Below, piece after piece: positions 7,881 to 15,184 of a DNA stretch of 24,000 bases. The stretch comes from Desulfobacteraceae bacterium (GTDB lineage Bacteria > Desulfobacterota > Desulfobacteria > Desulfobacterales > JAUWMJ01), in assembly GCA_030612225.1 (NCBI GenBank), contig JAUWOH010000005.1, forward strand, positions 1-24,000. Reading direction: 5' to 3'. The first letter of the stretch is position 1; every line of letters begins with the position of its first letter. Both the position numbers and the translations under genes were made by a program. The notes under the pieces are model-generated. The model was not told the origin of the DNA. It saw nothing but the letters and a program-made list of their open reading frames with translations, and ran no database searches.

Positions 7881-8075
7881 AGTGACTAAAGTGTCTAAAG
7901 TGAACTAAAGTGACTAAAGTTAAGGAATTCTGTCTATTTTATAAAAAAGATGGCTTGCCGGGGCGTCTTGTCAAGGCGTAGCTTAAAAGCGTAGACTGAA
8001 GCCAAAGGCGAAGCCTGGAGCGGAGCGACACCACAACTTTAGGCACTTTAGACACTTTAGTTCACTTTAGACACT
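7881..8075. repeat. Long-armed palindromic element enclosing module M1 (7962-8014), between hemB and ahbD
   Basis: The ~40-nt arms, 7881-7920 and 8037-8075, are each made of four GTGNCTAAA / CTTTAGNCA units with a 9-10-nt period. They are complementary except for 1-2 nt per unit. Confidence 0.85.
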
Positions 8076-8108
8076 CATATTCACTCAGGCAAAGCCAACT
8101 ATCTCTGA

Positions 8109-8135
8109 CCACGCATAAAGTACGTGGTTTTAAAA
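8109..8135 (+). repeat. Module M3 copy (CCACGCA..GTGGTTTTAAAA)
   Basis: CCACGCATAAAGTACGTGGTTTTAAAA here matches CCACGCACAATGTGGTTTTAAAA at 15249-15271. Both copies lie downstream of an M1 copy in the same orientation. Confidence 0.7.
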
Positions 8136-8143
8136 AGGAGAAC

Positions 8144-9121
8144 TTAGCTATCCCTAAGTTCCTGTGCCGCTTCCATTGCAAAATAAGTAAGAATCATATC
8201 AGCACCTGCCCTTTTGATCGCTATGAGGGTTTCCATCATAACCTTTTTGCCGTCTATCCAGCCCATTTTTTCGGCTGCCTTGATCATTGCATACTCACCA
8301 CTGACGCTATAAGCTGCCAGCGGGAGATCTATCTCATCACGGATGCGGCAGATAATGTCAAGGTAGGCCAGAGCTGGCTTTACCATTATTATATCAGCAC
8401 CTTCTTCCACATCCATAGTAACTTCCCGGACAGCTTCTAATGCATTAGCTGGGTCCATTTGGTAAGTTCTGCGATCTCCGAACTTTGGGGCTGAATCTGC
8501 TGCCTGACGAAAAGGACCGTAATAAGCTGAGCAATATTTTGCAGCATAAGACATTATGGGAATATTGCTCAGGCCGTTTTCATCAAGGGCATTGCGAATT
8601 TCAGCCACACGGCCGTCCATCATATCTGAAGGGGCAACCATGTCGGCACCCGCTTTTGCATGGGACAGCGCAGTCCTTGCAAGAAGATCCAAAGTGGCAT
8701 CATTGTCTATTATATTGCCTTCAACAATACCGCAGTGGCCATGATCCGTATACTGGCACAGGCAAACATCGGTTATAACCACAAGCTCAGGCAATTTGTC
8801 TTTCAGCGATTTTACTGCTTTCTGGACAATCCCGTCCTTTGCATATGCACTGGTAGCAAGAGGGTCTTTTTTGTCCGGTATTCCAAAAAGCATTACGGCA
8901 GGGATACCCAACTCAAACGCCTTTCTCGACGTTTTTATCAAATTGTCTACTGATAACTGAAAATGCCCGGGCATGGAAGGAATTGGGTTCTTAACGTTCT
9001 TGCCGTTAATGGCAAAAACCGGGAGGATAAGGTCATCCACAGAAAGGGTTGTTTCGCGTATCATTCGCCGAAACGCTTCACTTTGCCGCAGCCTTCGTGG
9101 CCGGTAGTCAGGGAACAGCAT
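8144..9121 (-). CDS. hemB: Porphobilinogen synthase (delta-aminolevulinate dehydratase), zinc type
   Basis: 325-aa ORF with the canonical N-terminus (RPRRLR...MIRET.LSVDDLILPVF). It has the Cys-rich metal site DVCLCQYTDHGHCG, active-site Lys contexts (IIMVKPAL and SGEYAM) and SD AAGAGGA upstream. Confidence 0.95.
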   Translation of the reverse strand: MLFPDYRPRRLRQSEAFRRMIRETTLSVDDLILPVFAINGKNVKNPIPSMPGHFQLSVDNLIKTSRKAFELGIPAVMLFGIPDKKDPLATSAYAKDGIVQKAVKSLKDKLPELVVITDVCLCQYTDHGHCGIVEGNIIDNDATLDLLARTALSHAKAGADMVAPSDMMDGRVAEIRNALDENGLSNIPIMSYAAKYCSAYYGPFRQAADSAPKFGDRRTYQMDPANALEAVREVTMDVEEGADIIMVKPALAYLDIICRIRDEIDLPLAAYSVSGEYAMIKAAEKMGWIDGKKVMMETLIAIKRAGADMILTYFAMEAAQELRDS

Positions 9122-9167
9122 GATATTGTCCTCTTTTTGGAAAAAATGAGTAAACTAAAATTGTAAG

Positions 9168-9277
9168 CGTTCACGGAACGTTGAAATTAGAAATTGGAAA
9201 TTTGGCTTTCAACTCGTAAACGCGTTTCATCTCTCCCGAATTTCTACTTTCTAATTTCAAGTTTCAAGCCGTGAACG
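9168..9277. repeat. Palindromic element between ahbC and hemB
   Basis: The outer stem CGTTCACGG (9168-9176) / CCGTGAACG (9269-9277) is 9 bp. The inner arms, 9181-9205 / 9236-9267, are built of GAAATTN heptamer units and are 22/25 complementary in the best register. Confidence 0.85.
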
Positions 9278-9278
9278 G

Positions 9279-10457
9279 CTACTTTATTTCATCATCAGTA
9301 AGATAACAAGCCGGATCCGGCGCCCACACATCTCCGGTCACAGCTTCAGCACGAACCCTGAAATTGCCTGCACAGATATCGAGCCATTTGCACCCTGCGC
9401 ACCTGTCTTTCACATGCTTTTTCTTTTCCTTGAGCTTTTTCATAAGAGGTTCTGACGTGTCTGTCCAGATTTCGGAAAACGGGCGGGCCTTGATGTTCCC
9501 AAAACTGTAATGACGCCAGAATTGATCGGCGTAAACTTCACCATCCCAGCTAATACACCCTATGCCTCTTCCTGAATTATTTCCTTCATTCATATTGAGA
9601 AGTTCGAGAACCTCTTTTGCACGCGAAGGATTTTCTTTTAGAAGCCTCAAATACAGGTATGGACCGTCTGCATGATTATCAACGGTTAAAACTTCTTTTG
9701 GTTTTCCCTTTTCATGCAGCGCTTTTGTTCGATCAATTATAAGGTCAACAGCTTTTCTTGATTCTTCATGGGACAAGTCTTCATCAACAAGTTTTGAGCC
9801 GCGCCCGGCATATACAAGGTGATAAAAGCAGACTCGAGGGATTTCCATATCCTCAAGAAGATCAAATATCTGCGGAATCTCTGCCGCATTGAACTTATTT
9901 ATCGTAAATCTAAGGCCGACTTTTATGCCTGCTGCCTTGCAGTTTTCAATTCCCTTAAGTGCGGATTTAAAAGCTCCTTTAATTCCTCTGAATTTATCAT
10001 TGATCTCCTCCATTCCGTCTATGCTTATACCGACATAGGACAGACCGATCTCTTTCAGTGTTTCGGCCACTTGCCTGGTAATAAGTGTACCGTTTGTTGA
10101 TATCACGGCGCGCATACCTTTTTTTACAGCATAAGCTGCAAGCTCCGGGAGATCCTTTCTAACCAGTGGTTCTCCTCCGGAAAACAAAAGCACCGGTACG
10201 CCGAATTGGGACAGATCGTCAATAAGACGTTTGCCCTCTTCGGTAGACAGCTCGTTGTCAAAGGGAATATCTTTAGCGTGGGCGTAACAGTGAACGCATT
10301 TTAAATTACATCTTCTGGTGATATTCCATACTACCACAGGTTGCTTATCACGGGAGAACTGAAGGAGATGTGATGGCAGCTTAGAAGACATACGTCCATA
10401 GCGAAGGGCATCTGACGGTTCGACTGTGCCGCAGTATAATTTAGAAATTCCGATCAT
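9279..10457 (-). CDS. ahbC: Radical SAM/SPASM Fe-coproporphyrin III synthase of the alternative heme pathway, AhbC (NirJ2-like)
   Basis: 392-aa ORF. The N-terminus MIGISKLYCGTVEPSDALRYG is typical of NirJ2-type proteins as I recall them. The radical SAM motif is CNLKCVHC, and there is a C-terminal Cys cluster (CAGCKWLDICAGNFRVRA...PACY). The gene lies 26 nt downstream of the ClpX-like gene. Confidence 0.65.
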   Translation of the reverse strand: MIGISKLYCGTVEPSDALRYGRMSSKLPSHLLQFSRDKQPVVVWNITRRCNLKCVHCYAHAKDIPFDNELSTEEGKRLIDDLSQFGVPVLLFSGGEPLVRKDLPELAAYAVKKGMRAVISTNGTLITRQVAETLKEIGLSYVGISIDGMEEINDKFRGIKGAFKSALKGIENCKAAGIKVGLRFTINKFNAAEIPQIFDLLEDMEIPRVCFYHLVYAGRGSKLVDEDLSHEESRKAVDLIIDRTKALHEKGKPKEVLTVDNHADGPYLYLRLLKENPSRAKEVLELLNMNEGNNSGRGIGCISWDGEVYADQFWRHYSFGNIKARPFSEIWTDTSEPLMKKLKEKKKHVKDRCAGCKWLDICAGNFRVRAEAVTGDVWAPDPACYLTDDEIK

Positions 10458-10483
10458 GGAAGTTAGAACCTTTTTTATGGGTT

Positions 10484-12229
10484 TTATGTACTCAGTTCAT
10501 GTTTAATTAATTCGCTTATAAAAGATTCAGGGTTCAGCAACGCTTTTCTTGTAACAAAAAAGCGATTTTTTCCTGTTTTTTCCCGAACCAGCTTCAGCCC
10601 GAGCTCAAAGTCTTTTGTCAGCTGTTTATAAAAAGTATCAAGGTGGATTTCAGATATTACAAACTGTTCAATGATATAATCGATGGCATCTTCTTCCAGA
10701 ACGATATTTATATCATGTGTTTTAAAAAAGTACAGTTCGATTTTTTTAATTTCGTCATAAAAGGATTTTATTTTTTTTATACCACTTCCGGTATCCATTA
10801 TATACCTGGTGTAATACTCAGCAATAATGTCAATACGGGATGAAGTCATTGTCAGGTTGTGTTTTTCAGACAGATTTTTTTTGTTCGATTTTAAATATGT
10901 TTTAATAAACTCTCTTTCTTTGTTTGAGAGCTTTTCGAAAGAATCGTTTATTTTTTTCTCATCCGGTGAAACTATTAAGGCTTCAAGTGATTCTTCAGGA
11001 TTTTCAATGACCGTAGCTGTAACCGGAAATTTTTTAGTGCCTTTTGATGGCAGTTTTTTTTCAAAGAGGAGCATTTTTCTTTCAATGGCGCTGACCAGGC
11101 CTCTTGCCCCTGTCTTTTCACTAAAGGCATTTTCCGCAAAAATACGGAGCGCCTCATCTTCAAATTTTATGCTTATGCCATAGGCGTCAAAATCGAGTTT
11201 TTTACTAAGAATTATCGGGTTGTTGGGATTTTTAAGGATTTCAAAAAGATCATTTTCAGTAAGGTTTTCTAAAACAGATATTACCGGCAGGCGACCTACG
11301 AATTCAGATTCAAATCCATACTCTATGAGATCTTCAGACTTTACATGTTTAAGCAGGTCGATATCTTTCTTCGGGCTTGTGATGTGTGCTCCAAAACCGA
11401 TACCCTGATCCATTATACGTTTTTTAATGATTTGTGTCAGATCGTTAAAAGCACCGCTCATGATAAATAATATATTTTTAGTACTTACAATGCGTTTATC
11501 TCGCTTGCCTGTTTTGCGAAACCGTTCAATCTCCTGGATCATTGAAATGGGATCATGAGGAACTTTTAAATCGATGTCTGTTTCTTCCATCGGCTTGAGC
11601 AAAGCGCGCTGGACACCGGTTCGCGATACATCAGCACCTATCAGGTTGCGGCTTGATGCAATTTTGTCGATTTCATCAATATATATAATTCCATTCTGCG
11701 CAAGCTCTATATCATCATCCGCTTCACGAACCAGATCCCGAATAAGATCTTCAACATCTCCGCCCACATAGCCTGTTTCGGAAAATTTAGTAGCATCGCC
11801 TTTTACAAAGGGAACGCCGATTTTTTTTGCGATTAGCTTGACAATGTATGTTTTTCCAACTCCGGTTGGGCCGATCATCAGTACATTATTCTTTATGCTG
11901 CCTACCATTTCGTTGATATCATCAGGATAATCTTCGGCTCGTTTTATTCTATTAAAATGAGTGCATATTTTTGTGGCTAAGATAGCCTTGGCCATATCCT
12001 GCTTGACAATGTACTGGTCGAGGTAAGCGATAAGATCTTCAGGCAATAAATCAAAGTTGATTTTTTTAATCTTGTGGGGCAGTTCTTTGTCTTTTTCCAC
12101 CGTTAATTCCTGGGGCAGAACCACAGGAGACATAATTTTAACATTGCTTTTAAACTTCTTTGCTAAAAATTCGCTTATCTCTTTTTCGATCTCCCTGGGA
12201 CTCGGTATTTTTTCATTTTGTTTTTCCAT
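10484..12229 (-). CDS. ClpX-family AAA+ unfoldase paralogue lacking the N-terminal zinc-binding domain, with a ~175-aa C-terminal extension
   Basis: 581-aa ORF. ClpX motifs present: Walker A GPTGVGKT, pore-1 loop GYVGGDVE, Walker B GIIYIDEIDKI, IGF-type loop QGIGFGA, FVGRLP, and sensor-2 KTGARGL. There is no Cys4 cluster in the first ~60 aa. Residues from about 406 to the end (nt ~10487-11014) have no resemblance I can name. Confidence 0.8.
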   Translation of the reverse strand: MEKQNEKIPSPREIEKEISEFLAKKFKSNVKIMSPVVLPQELTVEKDKELPHKIKKINFDLLPEDLIAYLDQYIVKQDMAKAILATKICTHFNRIKRAEDYPDDINEMVGSIKNNVLMIGPTGVGKTYIVKLIAKKIGVPFVKGDATKFSETGYVGGDVEDLIRDLVREADDDIELAQNGIIYIDEIDKIASSRNLIGADVSRTGVQRALLKPMEETDIDLKVPHDPISMIQEIERFRKTGKRDKRIVSTKNILFIMSGAFNDLTQIIKKRIMDQGIGFGAHITSPKKDIDLLKHVKSEDLIEYGFESEFVGRLPVISVLENLTENDLFEILKNPNNPIILSKKLDFDAYGISIKFEDEALRIFAENAFSEKTGARGLVSAIERKMLLFEKKLPSKGTKKFPVTATVIENPEESLEALIVSPDEKKINDSFEKLSNKEREFIKTYLKSNKKNLSEKHNLTMTSSRIDIIAEYYTRYIMDTGSGIKKIKSFYDEIKKIELYFFKTHDINIVLEEDAIDYIIEQFVISEIHLDTFYKQLTKDFELGLKLVREKTGKNRFFVTRKALLNPESFISELIKHELST

Positions 12230-12237
12230 AGTATTTA

Positions 12238-12266
12238 ATTATAATCATACCTGATTAAAAATGCAA
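12238..12266 (-). promoter_or_regulatory. Candidate promoter for the ClpX-like gene, implying a leaderless or near-leaderless mRNA
   Basis: The minus strand reads TTGCAT (12266-12261), a 17-nt spacer, a perfect TATAAT (12243-12238), then 8 nt to the ATG at 12229. There is no SD between the -10 box and the ATG. Confidence 0.4.
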
Positions 12267-12286
12267 GCATGAGCGACGCAACTAAA

Positions 12287-12514
12287 GGCTCGCGTAAAAA
12301 TAAGTTTGCATTTTAGGCGCATGGATTTAGGTTAGATTCGGAGTCTGCGCTTACCTGTTCGATCCGAGGCTGCAGGTAAGCGAAGACTCCGAAACCACAG
12401 GAATAGCGAACTATTTTGAGGATTTTGGAGTTGAGGATCGGGCAAATCCGGGATGTGCCGCGAAGCAAATGCCCTTGGGGTGCATAAAATATGAAGTTAT
12501 TTTTACGTGAGCCC
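12287..12514. repeat. 228-nt palindromic element upstream of the ClpX-like gene
   Basis: The terminal arms are GGCTCGCGTAAAAATAA (12287-12303) and TTATTTTTACGTGAGCC (12498-12514), 16/17 complementary. The inner 21-bp hairpin, 12337-12357 / 12373-12393, has one mismatch. Module M2 lies at 12457-12484. Confidence 0.85.
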
Positions 12515-12684
12515 TAAGTCACACATTGCGTAATTTGCAATGTCCCCGGCTTTAATTTTTCCAAAAGTGTTTCAGCTTTTAAAAGGTGCTGCACACTTGT
12601 AAAGAAAATTCGGCACGCAGATGTCTGAGTGGTATAGGAGAAAAAGGTATTTCAGGCCGCAGTGTACAGGGGAAATGATTTGTT

Positions 12685-13680
12685 TCAAACCGTACCGGTA
12701 ATAATCCCCGAATCATTCGGCCCCTGGAAAGAAAGTCGCCGGATCTCCTTTACACCGGCTTTGTCGAGCATGTAGGTAATCTGTTTTTCAGAATAGGACT
12801 GACCGTCAGATGTACCCAGAAACATATTAAGGGAAAAAAGTGCTGGGAAAAGAGGCCCGTCCATTGTGTTGTTTAAAATAAAATCATGGATAATTATCAT
12901 ACCCCCAGGCTCTAAAGCTGAAACAGTTTTTTCTATGATCCTTTGACAATCCTTTTGGCCTTCTCCGTGGAGAATGTGGGATAGCCATGCCACATCATAG
13001 ATTCCTTCAATGTCTTCTTCCACATAGTTGCCATCCATGAAATCTATCCGTTCAGTTAGCCCGAATTTGCCAATGGTTTTTTCCGCAAATGGTCTGGTTG
13101 TTGGAAGATCATAGACCGTTGCTTTGAGCCCCGGGTTTTTCAGACAATAATGGATGGCATAGGTTCCGGGCCCACCTCCCAGGTCGAGTATGTGACGTCG
13201 CCCGGAAAGATCTATTTTATCCGCCAGCAAAGGAGCCACGCTCATGGCTATATTGAACATTCCCATAAGGAAGCTTTCCCGCCACTCAGAACTTGTGTGA
13301 GATCCCCGAACTCTGACAGGCGTTCCGGTCTTAACTCCCTGATCCAGCTTGGACCATGAATCCATCAAGTGGTGATGGTGGGTAATCATATGGCCTATAT
13401 ACTCCGAAGAGTTTTTTGAGAGAAAAGTTTTGCCTGCCGGGACGTTGGAAAATTTATCATCTGATTTCTCCAACAGGTTCATGGCAGTAAGAGCATTAAG
13501 AAGTCTAACTGTTCCTTCTTTGCTTATATTCAATTTTTGTGCGATATCTCCCCCTGCAAGCTGCTGATCGCCTATTGCAGTAAACACATCAAGCTTAACT
13601 GCGGCATGAAGCGTACATGTTGCCCAGTATTGCCCGGATAATTGAAGCAGACTCCCAGGATTCCATTGTTGCTGTTCCAT
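12685..13680 (-). CDS. Class I SAM-dependent O-methyltransferase (family 2, with N-terminal winged-helix dimerisation domain)
   Basis: 331-aa ORF with the SAM-binding motif ILDLGGGPGTYA and an acidic-loop VYDLP. The N-terminal helix-rich domain is typical of COMT/CrtF-like bacterial O-methyltransferases. The substrate is unknown. Confidence 0.75.
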   Translation of the reverse strand: MEQQQWNPGSLLQLSGQYWATCTLHAAVKLDVFTAIGDQQLAGGDIAQKLNISKEGTVRLLNALTAMNLLEKSDDKFSNVPAGKTFLSKNSSEYIGHMITHHHHLMDSWSKLDQGVKTGTPVRVRGSHTSSEWRESFLMGMFNIAMSVAPLLADKIDLSGRRHILDLGGGPGTYAIHYCLKNPGLKATVYDLPTTRPFAEKTIGKFGLTERIDFMDGNYVEEDIEGIYDVAWLSHILHGEGQKDCQRIIEKTVSALEPGGMIIIHDFILNNTMDGPLFPALFSLNMFLGTSDGQSYSEKQITYMLDKAGVKEIRRLSFQGPNDSGIITGTV

Positions 13681-13723
13681 CTCAGTTCTCCTTTGTTTGT
13701 TTTATAGAAAACTTGAAAAAGTA

Positions 13724-14299
13724 CTACACTCGCCCGCTTTCAGCAAACGAGGAAAGAACCAGCCATGTTTTAACATCGAGCTTGATCTTTGAATCTTTGC
13801 ACAACTCGGATGCTTCCGGCGGCGATATAAATATGGTTGTGATGTCCTCAGAATCTTCATTGCCCTTATTTGATGGTTTTCCATCACATTCGACATAGAC
13901 CATTGAAACCGATTCGTCCGTCATTCCACTGGAAGAATATACCGGCGGACTTATCTTTTTAATGCGGGTTATATTTAGGCCCGTCTCCTCTTTTAACTCC
14001 CTTATGCAAGTTTGTTGAATTTTTTCACCCTCATCAACAAGTCCGGCAGGAAAGCCGTATTGATACCCCCCAAGCGGCACACGGAATTCCTTTATTATAA
14101 CGAGTTTATCTTTTTTTTTGTGAAAAGGTACGATCACCACCGCATCAGGCATGTCAAACTGTCCTGTTACACACTTTGGTTTATCAGCTCTTGAAGCGAT
14201 ATGCCACGATTTTTCAATACCCTTTTGATTAATGTATGATATCTCATACAGATTTAGATGTCTGCAATTGGTTATTTTGTCAATATTTTGAATTTTCAT
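13724..14299 (-). CDS. NUDIX hydrolase (ADP-ribose pyrophosphatase-like)
   Basis: The Nudix box is GFPAGLVDEGEKIQQTCIRELKEETGL. I place the start at ATG 14299 (MKIQNID...) because it has SD AAGGGTGGA 4-5 nt upstream. The longer track ORF (to 14389) adds 30 aa with no support. The stop lies 43 nt upstream of the methyltransferase start. Confidence 0.8.
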   Translation of the reverse strand: MKIQNIDKITNCRHLNLYEISYINQKGIEKSWHIASRADKPKCVTGQFDMPDAVVIVPFHKKKDKLVIIKEFRVPLGGYQYGFPAGLVDEGEKIQQTCIRELKEETGLNITRIKKISPPVYSSSGMTDESVSMVYVECDGKPSNKGNEDSEDITTIFISPPEASELCKDSKIKLDVKTWLVLSSFAESGRV

Positions 14300-14413
14300 T
14301 ATTCCACCCTTATAAAGACGTTTTACGGTATTAAAAAATGCAATTAACATAGGTTGATAGCATTGAAAACGATATGAAGCAACTGCCAAAAATTATCGTA
14401 AAGTTGTGATATT

Positions 14414-14446
14414 TTGCTTGCCATACTACGATATGCGTAGTATATT
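14414..14446 (+). promoter_or_regulatory. Candidate higBA promoter with an overlapping palindromic operator
   Basis: TTGCTT (14414-14419), an 18-nt spacer, then TAGTAT (14438-14443); alternatively TATATT (14441-14446). An 8-bp inverted repeat, ATACTACG (14423-14430) / CGTAGTAT (14436-14443), overlaps the -10 box. The ATG is at 14453 with no SD. Confidence 0.45.
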
Positions 14447-14452
14447 TTACGT

Positions 14453-14740
14453 ATGATTAAAACGTGGGCTAACAGTCGCTCTCGCCGTTTTTATGAAGAG
14501 GGGAAAATCTCGAAATTTCGAAGTCTTGATATTGAAGCGGCTGATGAATTGCTCGCAGCCCTTGATGCTGCAACATCTTTACATGATTTAAGCCCGTTAA
14601 AAAGTGTTGGACTACATAAGCTATCTGGTAATAGGGCTGGCCAATGGGCTATGACTGTTAATGGCCCATGGCGTATTTGTTTTCGGTTTAAAAACGGAAA
14701 CGCGTACGGTGTTGAAATTACTGATTACCATAAGGGATAA
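14453..14740 (+). CDS. higB: HigB-type toxin (RelE/ParE superfamily, plasmid maintenance system killer protein)
   Basis: 95-aa ORF. MIKTWANSRSRRFYEEG...LHKLSGNRAGQWAMTVNGPWRICFRFKNGNAYGVEITDYH is the canonical HigB pattern. The toxin-first order followed by the HigA antitoxin is typical of higBA. Confidence 0.9.
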   Translation: MIKTWANSRSRRFYEEGKISKFRSLDIEAADELLAALDAATSLHDLSPLKSVGLHKLSGNRAGQWAMTVNGPWRICFRFKNGNAYGVEITDYHKG

Positions 14741-14745
14741 GCACT

Positions 14746-15027
14746 ATGAAACCTATCCACCCAGGACGTATTTTAAAACGTGAAATGACGGCACGCAATC
14801 TTTCGGCAAACAAGTTGGCACTTGCATTACGCGTTCCTTCAGGGCGCATAACTCAAATTCTTAACGGCAAGCGTGGTATCTCCGCAGAAACAGCTCTGCG
14901 ACTTGGCCAGTATTTTAACAATAGCGCTCAATTTTGGATGAACCTTCAATCAAAATACGATTTAATCACAGTTGAGCAAAATATAGGTGCTAAAGTTATC
15001 GCCGAGGTTGAACAGGCAGTAGCGTGA
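14746..15027 (+). CDS. higA: HigA-type antitoxin (XRE-family HTH)
   Basis: 93-aa ORF. IHPGRILKREM..RNLSANKLALALRVPSGRITQILNGKRGISAETALRLGQYFNNSAQFWMNLQ is the canonical HigA HTH pattern. The start lies 5 nt after the higB stop, with SD AAGGGA. Confidence 0.9.
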   Translation: MKPIHPGRILKREMTARNLSANKLALALRVPSGRITQILNGKRGISAETALRLGQYFNNSAQFWMNLQSKYDLITVEQNIGAKVIAEVEQAVA

Positions 15028-15184
15028 ATGGGAAAGCAGGCTGCCCAGGAAAATATCTGCTGTAAATCATCTCTCTGTGGCCTTCTAAATCGCTACTATA
15101 TCGACAAATAAGCTGCATAATATCATATCGGTCTTTTGTCATTTACTCTATTCATGCTACTTAGAAGGCACAAAGGGCATGTCC

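Noticed and set aside
7881-7920. CRISPR-like appearance of the short direct repeats
   Set aside because: The period is only 9-10 nt with no spacers, there are no cas genes, and a complementary arm follows. This is a palindrome arm, not an array.
8109-8135. M3 as a rho-independent terminator (hairpin plus TTTTAAAA)
   Set aside because: The stem is only 4-5 bp. At 8109 the T-run is on the strand opposite to the flanking genes, so it is more likely just a repeat module.
8485-9166. Four plus-strand ORFs (62-97 aa) over hemB
   Set aside because: They are antisense to hemB, the most confident CDS in the window.
10643-12254. Six ORFs (62-118 aa, five plus-strand and one minus-strand) within the ClpX-like gene
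   Set aside because: They are antisense (or, for 10975..11163 -, out-of-frame) overlaps with Ser/Phe/Ile-rich low-complexity translations and no SD.
14300-14389. N-terminal extension of the NUDIX ORF (start at 14389)
   Set aside because: The extra 30 aa have no homology-like features. The internal ATG at 14299 has a good SD, and NUDIX proteins of this type start close to there.
12685-15027. Considered the methyltransferase-NUDIX-higBA stretch as a genomic or defence island
   Set aside because: There are no integrase, tRNA, direct-repeat borders or defence-type enzymes. The genes have ordinary SDs and the composition is similar to the rest of the window as judged by eye.
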